This document shows positions 1-11,221 of a DNA stretch of 64,000 nucleotides, piece by piece. The DNA is from an uncultured delta proteobacterium. Its GTDB lineage: Bacteria > Desulfobacterota > Desulfomonilia > Desulfomonilales > Desulfomonilaceae. Location: positions 192,001 through 256,000 of the forward strand of contig CAWBKB010000001.1 in NCBI GenBank assembly GCA_963789265.1, in the 5' to 3' direction. The notes under the pieces are model-generated. The model saw nothing but the letters and a program-made list of their open reading frames with translations. It did no database searches and was not told where the DNA came from. The translations under genes were made by a program, and so were the position numbers. Numbering within the stretch: position 1 is the stretch's first letter; each line of letters begins with the position of its first letter.

Positions 1-1270
1 TCACATCGTTCTCGATGATAAGAGTGCAATCGAAATCAAACGAGGCTCTCGCGTAGCGAGGATTCCTGTCGATGCCTCGAGGAATGTTGTTAGTTCATTG
101 GGGAAAACCGTGGACTAGTTTCAAGCATTACTCGGCATATGATGTCCTGAGCGACGCGCCCGATCCACAGCGAGCGGGCCGTTATAAGGACAAAATTGTG
201 ATCGTCGGGATCACTGCTACGGGGAATGCCGATTTTGGCACCACTCCCTTAGCTCTCAATGTTCCTCTGAGCAGAATTCATTCCCACGCATTGAACACCA
301 TTTTGACAGGCAACTTCATTTCACACGTTTCTCCCTTTCCCTGGATCATTGTCTTTTCGATTCTTTTGGCAATCTTGTTTCCCGTGATGACTTCTCGGCT
401 GAGCTTGACGATTGAGGCCCTGTCCGCAGGGCTGATTTGTCTGGGTGCTTTTGTGGGCGCGACCGCATGTTTTCTGCTTTGGTCCTGTGACATACCCCTG
501 ATTGAAGCTTTTTTTGTTTTCCTCCCCGCTGCGTGCGCGTCCGTGTTGATTAGGGGAACCTCGATCGAGTGGGAAGCGGCACAAACCAAAAGGGCCCTGG
601 AACGTTATCTGCTGCCTGAGCTTCTCGAAAGATCCTTCAGCGAGGGGATGGACCCGGACCTTTCTACAAGAAGGCGAGAAACTGACGGTGGTTTTCGTGG
701 ACATACAGCGCTTTTCCACGCTGTCCGAGTCTGTCGAAGTAGAGTACGTCAGCCGTTTCTTGAAAGATTTCTTTCAAGGAATGACACAAGCAGTCCTAAA
801 ACATCAGGGAAGGATCCACCAATTTATCGGAGACGGCTTCTTCGCGGTCTTCGGGGACCTCATACCACTCGAAAACCACACGGAGGCAGCATTCACGGCT
901 GCTCTGGACATGCAAAGGGAGATGGCCGGACTGAATGCTCAATGGGCAACTTCCGGGATAGCAGAATTTGCCGCGGGACTTAGGATAAGAATCGGAATTA
1001 ATACGGGAATGGTCTTTTTGGGCGACTTGGGGTCTGACCGAAGACTCGAATACACGCTTGTGGGTTCCGCCGTGAACATAGCCAGCCGACTCCAAGCTTT
1101 GGCCCCTCCCGGCGGAATCATGTTGACTTCAGAACCAGAGCCTTGTTGAAAAAACCCAATTTGTGCCAAGGGCCTCAGTATGTAAAACTAAAAGGCTTCG
1201 AACGAGACACCGAGGTGTATCGATTTTCCCTGATGCGATACAATGTTCGGAATGATCGGTTGTATCGTTG
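1..1270 (+). CDS. CHASE2-type sensor + TM + class III nucleotide cyclase (5'-partial, frameshifted near 680 and 1135; end approximate)
   Basis: ORF 72..983: KDKIVIVG...TPL...IHSHALNTIL (CHASE2 C-term) plus three TM helices. ORF 688..1149: VFVDIQRFS, FIGDG, RIGINTG, YTLVGSAVNIASRLQ. KLKGFERDTEVY follows in a third frame. Confidence 0.85.
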
Positions 1271-1857
1271 AAATCCATTTCTCCGATCCTTTTATGTCTT
1301 GCCACAGACGCACAGAATTCACACAGAGACCCATCAGCCTTATGAGTTTTGTTTCTCCACGCTCCCACGGACCCGATTGTAGAGGGTCAAAAGGTTTTTA
1401 GAAGCCCTGAATACGGGTTCAGCATGGAATACCCAAAAGATTGGGTGAAGATAGACAAACCCAAAGGCAATTACTATGCAGTCTTTCAAGCTTCTGATCT
1501 GGCCGATGGCTTCAGAAATCGTATTCTTGTTGCTGCACATAAACCTGTCAAAGATCCTTTGGATGTGTACCTGCAAGAATTCCGCACCGGTATTAAGGAC
1601 TTACAAAAAAAGCCGGGACAAATGAAAAGAAGGGAGCCCGGATAACTGCGGAAGGAGAGTTCAAGTGCGGGGTTCCGGGAGCACACTACTTTTTTACTCA
1701 AGCCTGGGAAACGAAGCAAAAAAGATGGATGGACATAATCATAGTTTTTTATAAGGATAAGGACACTCTCTTGAGAATTTCTTGTATCTGTACATCGAAG
1801 GAAATGAAAAAAATGCACTCCACATTTAACGGAGTTCTAGCATCGGTGAAGTTCTAA
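1252..1857 (+). CDS. PsbP/DcrB-like protein, frameshifted; boundaries approximate
   Basis: ORF 1349..1645 has FRSPEYGFSMEYPKDW (the Y-GFS-xYP-xW opening typical of PsbP-like proteins); coding-like sequence continues to FNGVLASVKF* at 1857. Confidence 0.45.
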
Positions 1858-2143
1858 AGCTTTTTCCTGGTCCAATACGTGCACCTGGATTTTGGGAACG
1901 GATGTCATTTTTCTTCTCCTTTTGCCACTAAAGTGTTCAAGGACAGGGAATGCAATTAGGGGCTCTTCTCGAATCCGATTCGTAGAAGAAGATTTAATTG
2001 AGACTCCTCGAAAGTTCTGACAGATTTTCGCACATAGACGAAACTCATGGGAGTCGGTTTTAAGCTGGTGGAGCAGGCGTTTCGCCTACCCCAAAAGGAC
2101 GGACAGGATGCCCATCTCCACCAAGTCATTAAGGAGAGGAACA

Positions 2144-2440
2144 ATGGAAAGCGAAGTGGCCTTCGGGAAGAGGGCGGTCCAGTCACTGGGAACAACCATG
2201 ATGGTTACGTGGGTGCTGATTCTTGGGCCGATTGGCGCTGTGTTGCTCGGCGGAGTGGCTTATGCCATGCTGGCAAGAAATCCCGTTCAAGGCGTGTTTT
2301 GTGGATTAATGCTCTTTTTGCCTCTTTGCCTGACCATAACCTGGGGGATTGGGACGTGTTTTCAAGTTCTCCGCCAAGAGAGGCTTCGAACGGCAGCCTT
2401 GGTTTTGGCAATTGAGCCGGTTGACTCTGCCACTTGTTGA
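2144..2440 (+). CDS. small hypothetical membrane protein
   Basis: GGAGAGGA RBS before ATG; two to three hydrophobic segments. Confidence 0.45.
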   Translation: MESEVAFGKRAVQSLGTTMMVTWVLILGPIGAVLLGGVAYAMLARNPVQGVFCGLMLFLPLCLTITWGIGTCFQVLRQERLRTAALVLAIEPVDSATC

Positions 2441-2786
2441 TAGAGGCGGGAAGTAGGGTTATAGGGGAGCAATCCGAAACAGTTGCAAGTGGGCTTCCGG
2501 CTGGTTATTGTCGACCTCGTTTTGGCCGGGATCAGCAACAAAGATTCTAATTGACGGGCAAGTTTGCGGGGTGCTATGGTCAACGTTTAGGAAACACTCT
2601 TTAGCGTACCGGGCTCCTTGTGGGCGGGGGGAACCATCCGCTGCCGCGACCTCCAAGTCCTCCCAGTGTCAGGGCCGCCTCATGACGCCGACTTGCCCTC
2701 TTTTTTCTTGTTCGTAAAGGGTGTTCATTCGGTATTTGTTAATTCTCGCAAATTACGACTGCTGCCCTCGGGGGGCGGGAGGACTA

Positions 2787-3140
2787 ATGAACAGGCTAGC
2801 TATTGTTGTTTTGATGTTATGTTTATCTATCACCTTAGCTGTCGCGCAAAGCCGAATCGAGGTTCAAGCCGACAAAATATTCACCTTAACTCTGGAGTCA
2901 AACCCTTCAACCGGTTACCAATGGGAGTTCGCTCAACCTTTGGATGTGACTAAAGTGAAGCTCGTTGATTCATTCTACAGGAAACCAAAAACAGATCGCG
3001 TTGGGGCGGCGGGTGCTCAACTTTGGCTTTTCAGAGCAATCGGCCGTGGTGAAACTAAAATCTTAATGAAGTATGTCCAACCGTGGGAGAAAAATGCGGT
3101 TCCACAGGAAACAGCATCTTTCTCTATCATTATCAAGTAG
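2787..3140 (+). CDS. chagasin-family (I42) cysteine protease inhibitor, exported
   Basis: Signal peptide; LESNPSTGYQW, VGAAG, Y.QPWE are the chagasin loop motifs; GGAGG RBS. Confidence 0.9.
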   Translation: MNRLAIVVLMLCLSITLAVAQSRIEVQADKIFTLTLESNPSTGYQWEFAQPLDVTKVKLVDSFYRKPKTDRVGAAGAQLWLFRAIGRGETKILMKYVQPWEKNAVPQETASFSIIIK

Positions 3141-3229
3141 TGTCATCAAACCGCGGTCCCTGCTCGCCTTTCAATAGATGCACGTGAATGCGAGCCGGAA
3201 AGACATGCCTTACATCAGGAGGCCATAAT

Positions 3230-4800
3230 ATGTTGTCCAGGAAAATCCTCGGAATTTTGTTGGTATTTCTCGGGATGTGCATCATTTGGCCCGCGAGTCA
3301 CGATCTCGAAGCACAATATCTACAGGTCGCACGCGTTGCCACAAACGAGGGGAAGAATTCTAACCTCGAGAGTAAACAAGGCCTCGATGTAGGAAACATT
3401 GTGAGAAATCGCAGCCCGCGTACTAATATAAAGGTCTTTCTGAGAGCTGACAAATCTCCTCTCAAACCAGGCGATGAGCTGCATATAACTGTCGAGACCA
3501 ACCGTGACTGTTATCTGACATTGTTGTACCCTTCTTCAGAATCCAACAAAGTAACAGTACCTTTGGCCAAATCAGGAATCCGGGTGGAAGAGCAGGATAA
3601 GAGCTAAGACCCCGACAGAAGTCCCCTCGCCCGGTGCGTCAATTCATCTCAAGGTGGACGGTCGATCACCGTACGAGCGTATCTTCGCCCTGGCTTCGAG
3701 TGAACCCGACAGCTTCTTGAGAGATAAGGATTATGTTGAAGAGCCGGGTCGCCCGCTAAAGACTCTGGCAATCGAATCGAGCGAATTACTTGAGGAGCTT
3801 CACAATCGGGCGGAAAGGCTTGTCGATACCACACGCTGGGGCACGGCCCAACTTGTAGTACGCGTGATCACCGCAAAAAACGGTCGCAAGTCCTTCGTCT
3901 CCAGCCTTTCCCCTAAAAGCGAAACTGTATTGACCGCGAAGAGTCTCAACAGACTCATAGTGAAGAAGGGATACAATTGGTCGGCTGGGGTCACGTCTCT
4001 GTCCGAGTTATCCGACCCGGAATTGAGAACCCTTTGCGGAGCAAAGGACGTTGTCGACAAAGGCGCATTGCGGCGTCACTTGATAACCAAAGACGTTCGG
4101 GGTTCGCTTGAGAGTGACAAGGCTACTCGGCCGATGCAGTGGGATTGGAGAAATGTCAACGGCAAGGATTGGACTACGCCGATAAGGCGCCAGATGAGCT
4201 GTGGTTCGTGTGTCGCTTTTGCTGTCGCCGCCGCAGTCGAAATGAACTATCAAATTGCCCGGAAGAAGGCGCATTCTGGAATCCAGTTGTCGGTGGGACA
4301 ACTATTTTCTTGCGGCTGTGGAAGGTGTTGTCGCACCGGCTGGGGTTGTGTAGAGGCCCTTGAGTTTGTTAAGTATGAAGGCCTCGTGGCTGAATCCGAT
4401 TACCCTTACCGTCCCATCAACCAAGATTGTGGGGTTGGGCTTTGCCCGTCTTCAGGCGATCAACATTCAAAAATCAAAATCTCGAAATGGTTTGCAATGC
4501 GAGATGCAGAGAATGCCAAGACATGGCTGAGCCTGCATGGTCCCTTGGCGACAACGATGTATGTATTCAAGGATTTTGCGAGTTATAAGGGTGGAGTGTA
4601 CACACGCGAGTGGTGGCAAAATGGGTGGCCACGCCATCGCGGTAGTGGGATACGATGAAAATGGAAAGTTTTGGATTTGCAAGAATAGCTGGGGTACCAG
4701 TTGGGGAGATAACGGCTGGTTCAAAATAGATTACAACCAATGCGGAATAGGGTCCAAAGACGCATTTTATGGCGTCGAATGTCTGCCTCCCGGAAAATGA
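3230..4800 (+). CDS. exported DUF4384 + papain-family (C1A) cysteine peptidase, frameshifted near 3560 and 4605
   Basis: Signal peptide; [20 protein letters not shown] (DUF4384-like); [17 protein letters not shown] (catalytic Cys), [11 protein letters not shown] (His), WICKNSWG (Asn). Confidence 0.88.
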
Positions 4801-5018
4801 CGGCCTAAAATGGTGAGCCTGACTCGCCCTGAAGCGAGTTGGTGTCTCCTGGAAGCCGGCGAGATCCTTCCATTCCCGGCAGTCTGTGGGATGAGGAGAC
4901 TTCGAGGCCGAGCCGGTACGGTTGACTCGAAAGCGGTTGCGGACGGAAAACTCCAAAACAAATGTCCATCTAGGCCTAAGGCTCGTGCCACGACGTAAGT
5001 AGACAGCGGATTCCGGGG

Positions 5019-5164
5019 GTAACCATTCACTCATGCGGGGGAAGAGATTGTCATTGCGAGCGAAGCGAAGCAATCTTTTCCCTTGAACGCCGCTTAGATA
5101 GCTTCGTCGTTTCACTCCTCGCAATGACAAGGTTCAGAAGATCCCCGGATAACTGAATGCTTAC
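5019..5164. mobile_element. MITE with IS66-like GTAA termini carrying a REP-like palindrome
   Basis: TIR GTAACCATTCA...TGAATGCTTAC; flanks TTCCGGGG/TTCCGGTG (7/8 TSD); internal GTCATTGCGAG...CTCGCAATGAC. Confidence 0.75.
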
Positions 5165-5417
5165 TTCCGGTGCAAGATTGTGCTTGACCTGGGGGCGCGC
5201 TCCGAAGTATGTTCAACAATGTGCTAACATAAGGTTTTTTAGTAACATGTGACAACGGTTTTGCCTTCCTCTGGCCTTGGAGGGACCGTGCGGGGGCTTT
5301 TTGGGGGTCGCAAAAGCCGCGGCGGGGCACCGGCCCATACACTTTCAAGATGGTAAGAACCCAGCACAAAGTAGACGTATTGCTCGGTTGAGGATTATGG
5401 AAAATTAGGGGGCAGTC

Positions 5418-5600
5418 ATGAAATATTTGCTCAATCCTCCCACACTGATCTCGTGGTGGATATCATTTGTGTGTCTTGTGATAGGAGTCTTGATGGCTCT
5501 TCACATTGTCGTGATACCCGCTCTTGCGCCTTTCGTATTCTGGATCGTAGTGGCAGGACTGATATTAATGTTGGCGGCCACCAGGCTGCGCGGGATTTAG
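5418..5600 (+). CDS. small two-TM membrane protein
   Basis: 60 aa, two hydrophobic helices, AGGGGG RBS. Confidence 0.7.
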   Translation: MKYLLNPPTLISWWISFVCLVIGVLMALHIVVIPALAPFVFWIVVAGLILMLAATRLRGI

Positions 5601-6077
5601 ACTGATCCATCGTGGGGGGAAAGAAAGGCGGCTCCCGAGATGCTCCACGGTGTCTATCTTCCTGTTCCCTGTTTAACGAGACCCGAAGGGGTAGGGGAGA
5701 CAGTAAGGTGCAAGCCGTCCACGCTCCGGTCCAGAGGTGTAACGGCTTGACCCCTGATAAGCCCGATCATTTTGTCCCCAAATCTCGGTCTTTCCGTAAT
5801 CGAAGGTCAGCCGGTCAATTTCTCCCACCAACTGCTCATCGTTGATTGTGAGACACAGACTTTCACGTCTTCTTTTCGGTTGCACTGCTATTTTCAACAG
5901 ATGCCTGGATCGGCGGCTTCAATGCCGCGACCCTCGTACCGGGAGAGAATTGCGATTGAATCTCCCGCCTCCGCCGCGTAAGCGAATGATTGCCTTTCTT
6001 GCCGCTTTTTCTCTCTTGACACTAAAGAAGGCGGAATGCTAAGAGTAGTTCATAGTGTGAATATTCAATCCGGTAAC

Positions 6078-6659
6078 ATGCAGGAAAAGAAAAAGACACG
6101 GAATCCGGCTGATTTTCCCGTATTGGGCGCCCTTTATCTTGGGTCCGCTCACGGCTACGATCTCTGCCGCGGACTCAAAGAGCGACTGGGAGAGATCTGG
6201 AGGCTTCATACGAGCCATATCTATGCTCTGCTGGCAGGGCTTGAAAAGGATGGCCTCGTGAGCCATGAGCGAATAGACCAAAAAGCACGGCCGGCGAAAA
6301 AGGTGTTTAGTATAACCGACGAAGGACGGATTGTTTTCTTAATGTGGGTGCGTTCACCCGTCATGAATGTGCGTGACATTCGCCTGGAATTCCTGACCAA
6401 GCTGCATTTTGCACGGCTTGATTCGCCTACCGCGGTAGAGGATCTCATTGCCAACCAGTTGTCGGTCTGCCGCAGCAACGAAAAACGCCTGGCAAGCAGC
6501 CGGAGACTGTGCAGGACCGACACTGAACGGGCCGCGCTGGATTACCGACTGGCCATGCTCAACGCAGTGCAAGAATGGTTGGCTGGGCTGCGCAAGCCTC
6601 GGCAGCGTGAGTCCCGGGAATTCGAGGGGCAGGGAGAATTCCTGAGACGGCATTCTTAA
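6078..6659 (+). CDS. PadR-family transcriptional regulator
   Basis: VLGAL..GSAHGYDL, SHIYALLAGLEKDGLV, KKVFSITDEG, RDIRLEFLTKL. Confidence 0.9.
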   Translation: MQEKKKTRNPADFPVLGALYLGSAHGYDLCRGLKERLGEIWRLHTSHIYALLAGLEKDGLVSHERIDQKARPAKKVFSITDEGRIVFLMWVRSPVMNVRDIRLEFLTKLHFARLDSPTAVEDLIANQLSVCRSNEKRLASSRRLCRTDTERAALDYRLAMLNAVQEWLAGLRKPRQRESREFEGQGEFLRRHS

Positions 6660-6781
6660 TTCATGACCGGTATTCTTACCGCATTTTCTTCACATTTAGC
6701 AATTCCTTATGATATCATGCTTTGCTGATCTAGCCGCAACGAAGGGGCGACTTTTGATCTTAGGGGGAGGCTGTACCAGCC

Positions 6782-7330
6782 ATGCTAACAATCAAGGCCA
6801 GGAAAATAGCGGCTGATGTGCGGGCACACGTGTCGGATTTCGAGCTGATGTCCAAATATGACCTGTCTTTGGAGCAACTCGAAAAAGTCTTGAGAAAACT
6901 CGTAGACGCCGGGACGATAAGGGAGGACGAGATCAACGAAAGAGGCCCGTTCTTTGACGACCCGACCAATCGATTAAAGACACGGCGGTTTGCTAGAACT
7001 TACCTAAGGGTCCCCCTTGAGATTGAAGATTTGAACGACTCTGCCAACAAGGGCGTCCTTATCGATCTGTCGAAAGACGGATTTCGCACCCGAGGTATTA
7101 ACGCGGTCGTGGGCGAAGAAAAGACCTTCTTCGTCTCTCTACGGGAGGTTCGGAAAAGAGTAGTGAGACTTCAAGCCGCATGCGTATGGGTCAAGCAAGG
7201 GCTTGATCGTAAAGTCCTCCGCGAAGCAGGATTCACAATACTATATATCTCAGATAGGGATTTGCTTGAAATACAAAGGGTTGCCCGTCTTCTGGGCCTT
7301 GGAGACCGCAATCACTCACATAAGAAATGA
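6782..7330 (+). CDS. PilZ-domain protein with N-terminal helical domain
   Basis: RRFARTY (RxxxR) and LIDLSKDGF (DxSxxG). Confidence 0.8.
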   Translation: MLTIKARKIAADVRAHVSDFELMSKYDLSLEQLEKVLRKLVDAGTIREDEINERGPFFDDPTNRLKTRRFARTYLRVPLEIEDLNDSANKGVLIDLSKDGFRTRGINAVVGEEKTFFVSLREVRKRVVRLQAACVWVKQGLDRKVLREAGFTILYISDRDLLEIQRVARLLGLGDRNHSHKK

Positions 7331-7648
7331 ATCGGCACTAGAATTGTGCGATGGAGTGCTGAGATTAAACTTTTGTTCGGAACAAATTAAAAGAGAGTCA
7401 GAATGTTAAATGGATGAATGGTTGCTTGACGCCGGACAGTTTATCGACCGGCATTCCGGACCACGAGCAGTCATGGAAATCTGGGGTATGTTACTCAATT
7501 CCCGGACATGGTCGAGATAACCATAATCTTGTCAGAATGTTGTTAGCGTCCCCTGCCGCCGGATGCGTTGACAATTTGCAAACGCACTCCATATTAATTT
7601 GTAAAAGTGCTCATAAAGCAGAGGAGGCGGCGCGGCACGCCAACTACC

Positions 7649-8554
7649 ATGAACAGAGTTTTCGTTCAGCATGCTGTTCGTAATCTTTTCCACTCGGTCG
7701 TGTTAATGGCCTGCATGTTCCTCGTCTGCGGCATGGTCGGGTGGGTGTTCTGGGGAGTGGACGGACTCGTATATTTTAGTACCCTGACCGCAGTTGGGCT
7801 TCTCGTCAGTTTGAGGGTTTCTCCGCGGCTCATTTTCAAAATGTACGGGGCTGTACCGATCCGGGAACAAGAGGCGCCACACCTTTTGCTAATGATGAAG
7901 AAACTCGCTCGAAGGGCCGGACTTCCTGAGAGGCCGCAGCTATATTACATTCCGAGTCAAACTCCCAATGCCTTTGCCGTGGGCAGCCGGCGAACGGGGG
8001 CCATTGCAATCACCAAGGGCTTGCTGACCGGATTCACGCCACGAGAACTCCAAGGGGTGTTGGCTCACGAGATGGGACACCTGCGCAGGAACGACGGATT
8101 GGTTATGAGTCTGGCGGTTTCCGCAGGTCAGTTGGTCGGCATTATGTCCTGGATCGGAAAGGTAATGGTGCTCATCCATCTCCCCCTATATGTGTTCGGA
8201 GGATACCAACTCCCCTGGCTTCCGATCGTCATTCTTATCTTTGCCCCGCCTATCACAGTTTTACTCCAGTTCGCTTTGTCACGAACGCGGGAATTTGAAG
8301 CTGATTTAGAAGCAGTAAGGTCCACGGGCGATCCCATAGGGTTGGCCTCCGCTCTGCAAAAGCTCGAAGGTCTCTCGGGGAATTGGTTCGAACGGCTGTT
8401 TCTACAGAGAACAAAGGCGCGCGAATCATTCTTGTTTTGGACGCATCCCCCAACGGAGGAAAGGATACGGCGTCTTTTGGAGCTTGAAAGATCTCTGGTC
8501 GAATCGGTTGCTGTCCACGAAAACGGAGCACCATTCCACGGCGGTCGTACATAG
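7649..8554 (+). CDS. htpX: M48-family (HtpX-like) membrane zinc metalloprotease
   Basis: PNAFAVG, GVLAHEMGH, SRTREFEAD, THPPTEERI. Confidence 0.9.
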   Translation: MNRVFVQHAVRNLFHSVVLMACMFLVCGMVGWVFWGVDGLVYFSTLTAVGLLVSLRVSPRLIFKMYGAVPIREQEAPHLLLMMKKLARRAGLPERPQLYYIPSQTPNAFAVGSRRTGAIAITKGLLTGFTPRELQGVLAHEMGHLRRNDGLVMSLAVSAGQLVGIMSWIGKVMVLIHLPLYVFGGYQLPWLPIVILIFAPPITVLLQFALSRTREFEADLEAVRSTGDPIGLASALQKLEGLSGNWFERLFLQRTKARESFLFWTHPPTEERIRRLLELERSLVESVAVHENGAPFHGGRT

Positions 8555-8735
8555 AGTAATCCGCACTTCTCGTTAACTCTTTATCAGGCAGGCATTCACG
8601 TATGGGGGGATTGTCCTGGCATTCTTCATCTCTTCCAATCCGTGTTGGTCCAAAGCCCCGGCGACGTGCTTTTCTTCAGCACTTGGAGTATACAATCGAA
8701 GCGCAGTGACGCATCGAAGAACAAGGGGGATTAAT

Positions 8736-10994
8736 ATGAGAAGGACCTCTGTGGCACTGGCGATCTTCTCTCTTTGGACAACCTTGGCCGTCGGGGAAGT
8801 CGTGCCCGCAACGACGGAGCCACCGCCCGTGACAAAGGTGGTTCTGTACAAGCATGGCATGGGTTACCTGGAGCGAGAAGGGAAGGTCAAGGGTAATGCG
8901 ATCCTCTCCCTCGCATTCCGCGTCGATCAGATGAAAGACCTCCTGACCAGCTTCTTCGCTGTGGATCTCGGTGGCGGCAAGATATCGGCCGTTCGGTACG
9001 AAACTCGCGATCCACTGTCCAAACAGCTTCAAGACATCCTCATCAAGGTACCCGAGAAGGCGGCGCTAAGTCAGTTTCTGATGCAGCTCAAGGGCGCCAG
9101 GTTGACCGCCAAGGCGGCCGGCGAAACCATCGAAGGACGCATCCTCGGCGTCGAGCCTGTCACTGAAATCGTTAACAATCGGGCTGTAAAGAAGAATTAC
9201 CGTCTGGTCCTGATGACTGACGCCGGTCCGATCCGCTCCCTGGACCTATTCGCGATCTCCGAGTTCGCTTTGGCCGACAAGGCGCTCCAGCGCGATCTGC
9301 GCCGACTCCTGGATCTTTCCCTGGACAGCAAGTACACCAACCGCAAGAAGCTCACATTGAGCGCCATAGGAAAGGGCGAGCGAGAAGTGCGTATTGGTTA
9401 TCTCATTGAAATGCCCATCTGGAAGTGCTCCTACCGAGTTATATTCGATGAAAGGAAGAAGAATGCGCCCCCTCTTCTCCAGGGCTGGGCGCTGGCTGAA
9501 AACAACACGGAAGACGACTGGAAAGACGTGACGATCTCATTTGTCGCGGGCAATCCAATGTCCTACGTGATGGATTTGTACTCTCCCTATTACGTCAGGC
9601 GGGCACAGGTGCCGATCCCGGGCTTACAGAACCTGGCCGTGGATTGGGGGGCAGTATCACCACCCGATCTTGCCGAGGGCGCTCCCGGAGCCCGAGCCCA
9701 GGAAAAGACGAAGAGGATGCGCATGAGCGCGAAATACATGGGTGCCCCTGCTGCACCTATGCCTCAAATGATGGACCGGCAGCAGTTAGGCTCTTTGGGC
9801 GGAACCCCTCTGCAGTATGCCGGCCGAGATGCCGAGAAAAAGGCCGCAAAGCCCCTGGGTGAGCTCCTTGCCAGCAGCTACAGCAGTACGGCTCAGGGTG
9901 CGAAAGTGGGTGAACTCTTTAGCTACGAGCCCAAAGACAAGGTTTCAATCCCCCGAGGGCAAGCGGCCATGGTTCCTATCCTCTCAAAAAAGATCAACGG
10001 GCAGCGGCTCCTCTACTACAAGGCATCCTTCTCGCCCAGGGCTGCCAATGCTTTTGTTTTGCGAAATGCCACCGACCTCACGCTGGAGCCGGGCGCAGTC
10101 ACTTTTTTCGAGGGGAGCACATCACTGGGCGAGGGAATTCTCAGCCACACACTTCCTCCCGGCAGCCAAGAAGTCATTCCATACGCGATAGACGCCTCAG
10201 TGGATATAACTCCACAGCAAAAGAAACATCGGGAGCCTCACTTCAAGGCTCGCCTGGTTGACGGCATACTCACACTCACTTCGATGGAGACCCTCACCAA
10301 CACATGGAAGATAGTGAACCGGGGCAAAGAGCCGGCCACCTTGTGGCTCCACCAGCCCAAAAGTATCGGTTGGCAACTCATCAAGCCGGACAAGCCGCTC
10401 AAGGAAGTGAACAACTATTACCGCTTCGCAGTGCCGTTGAAGGCAGGCGAGACAGTTGATTACGTGGTTGAAGAAAAGCACGACGTGCAGGAAACGGTTC
10501 GTTTGGCCAACAGTAGTGAGGAACAAATCCGTTTCTATCTCACCCAGTCCTATTTGTCCCCCGGTGCCAAGGCATTTATGAAGGAGTTGAGCGGCTTGAT
10601 GGCGCAGAAAGCCGGCTTGCAGCGGCAGATGACCGAGTGGACACAACAGACGAAACGCCTGACCGAAGAACAGGGGCGACTGCGATCCAATCTCCGGGCG
10701 CTGGTGTCAAACTTGCCCAAGGAACAGGAGTTGCGGGCAAAGTGGGTTGCGGCATTGGCCTCGAACGAAGATCAATTGATGCAGACTCGCACGAAGCTTG
10801 ACGATGCCGGGGCCAAACTCCGGCAAATGGAGGAATCTCTGGCCAAGAAGGTTCGGAGTGCAAAGACAAGTAGCGTGCGAGATCTGAAGGCTCCGGGGAC
10901 ACCTTGCTCAATTCGCGGATCGTGCCCCCAATTAGGAACAATTCCCTCGATTTTCCCCTATATCTTTCAAGAATCCGAGCATGGAATCATTTGA
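8736..10994 (+). CDS. exported DUF4139/DUF4140-family protein (true end may be near 10870 if frameshifted)
   Basis: Signal peptide, VTKVVLYKHGMGY, W..SYR, LQGWALAENNTEDDW, C-terminal coiled coil; the tail after LAKKVR looks out of frame. Confidence 0.8.
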   Translation: MRRTSVALAIFSLWTTLAVGEVVPATTEPPPVTKVVLYKHGMGYLEREGKVKGNAILSLAFRVDQMKDLLTSFFAVDLGGGKISAVRYETRDPLSKQLQDILIKVPEKAALSQFLMQLKGARLTAKAAGETIEGRILGVEPVTEIVNNRAVKKNYRLVLMTDAGPIRSLDLFAISEFALADKALQRDLRRLLDLSLDSKYTNRKKLTLSAIGKGEREVRIGYLIEMPIWKCSYRVIFDERKKNAPPLLQGWALAENNTEDDWKDVTISFVAGNPMSYVMDLYSPYYVRRAQVPIPGLQNLAVDWGAVSPPDLAEGAPGARAQEKTKRMRMSAKYMGAPAAPMPQMMDRQQLGSLGGTPLQYAGRDAEKKAAKPLGELLASSYSSTAQGAKVGELFSYEPKDKVSIPRGQAAMVPILSKKINGQRLLYYKASFSPRAANAFVLRNATDLTLEPGAVTFFEGSTSLGEGILSHTLPPGSQEVIPYAIDASVDITPQQKKHREPHFKARLVDGILTLTSMETLTNTWKIVNRGKEPATLWLHQPKSIGWQLIKPDKPLKEVNNYYRFAVPLKAGETVDYVVEEKHDVQETVRLANSSEEQIRFYLTQSYLSPGAKAFMKELSGLMAQKAGLQRQMTEWTQQTKRLTEEQGRLRSNLRALVSNLPKEQELRAKWVAALASNEDQLMQTRTKLDDAGAKLRQMEESLAKKVRSAKTSSVRDLKAPGTPCSIRGSCPQLGTIPSIFPYIFQESEHGII

Positions 10995-11217
10995 GATCGT
11001 CGGCGAGTTTTCGGAGATCGAAATCATTGCTGTGGGCAATGCCGTCCGAGAGATTGGGCGATTACGAAAGCAATATGGTGACGGTCGCTGGCGGAAGCTC
11101 AAAGGAATTGCTATGATTCGTCTTGAAAATGGCCGAGTACGTCCAGCGGAAATCCACTGGTATGAAGCCCATGGGATAGGTAAAAAGGAATTCAAACGCA
11201 AACGTTACTTGGAATAG
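10981..11217 (+). CDS. small basic conserved hypothetical protein (putative toxin)
   Basis: 78 aa; RLRKQYGDGRWRKLKG...AEIHWYEAHGIGKKEFK; 4 bp from the next gene. Confidence 0.75.
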   Translation: MESFEIVGEFSEIEIIAVGNAVREIGRLRKQYGDGRWRKLKGIAMIRLENGRVRPAEIHWYEAHGIGKKEFKRKRYLE

Positions 11218-11221
11218 AATC

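Noticed and set aside
5270..5345. c-di-GMP-I riboswitch (GTCGCAAAAGCC)
   Set aside because: Only a short partial match; the P1/P2 architecture is absent.
5612..6042. ncRNA or gene between the small membrane protein and padR
   Set aside because: Several short overlapping ORFs with no recognisable family or RNA structure.
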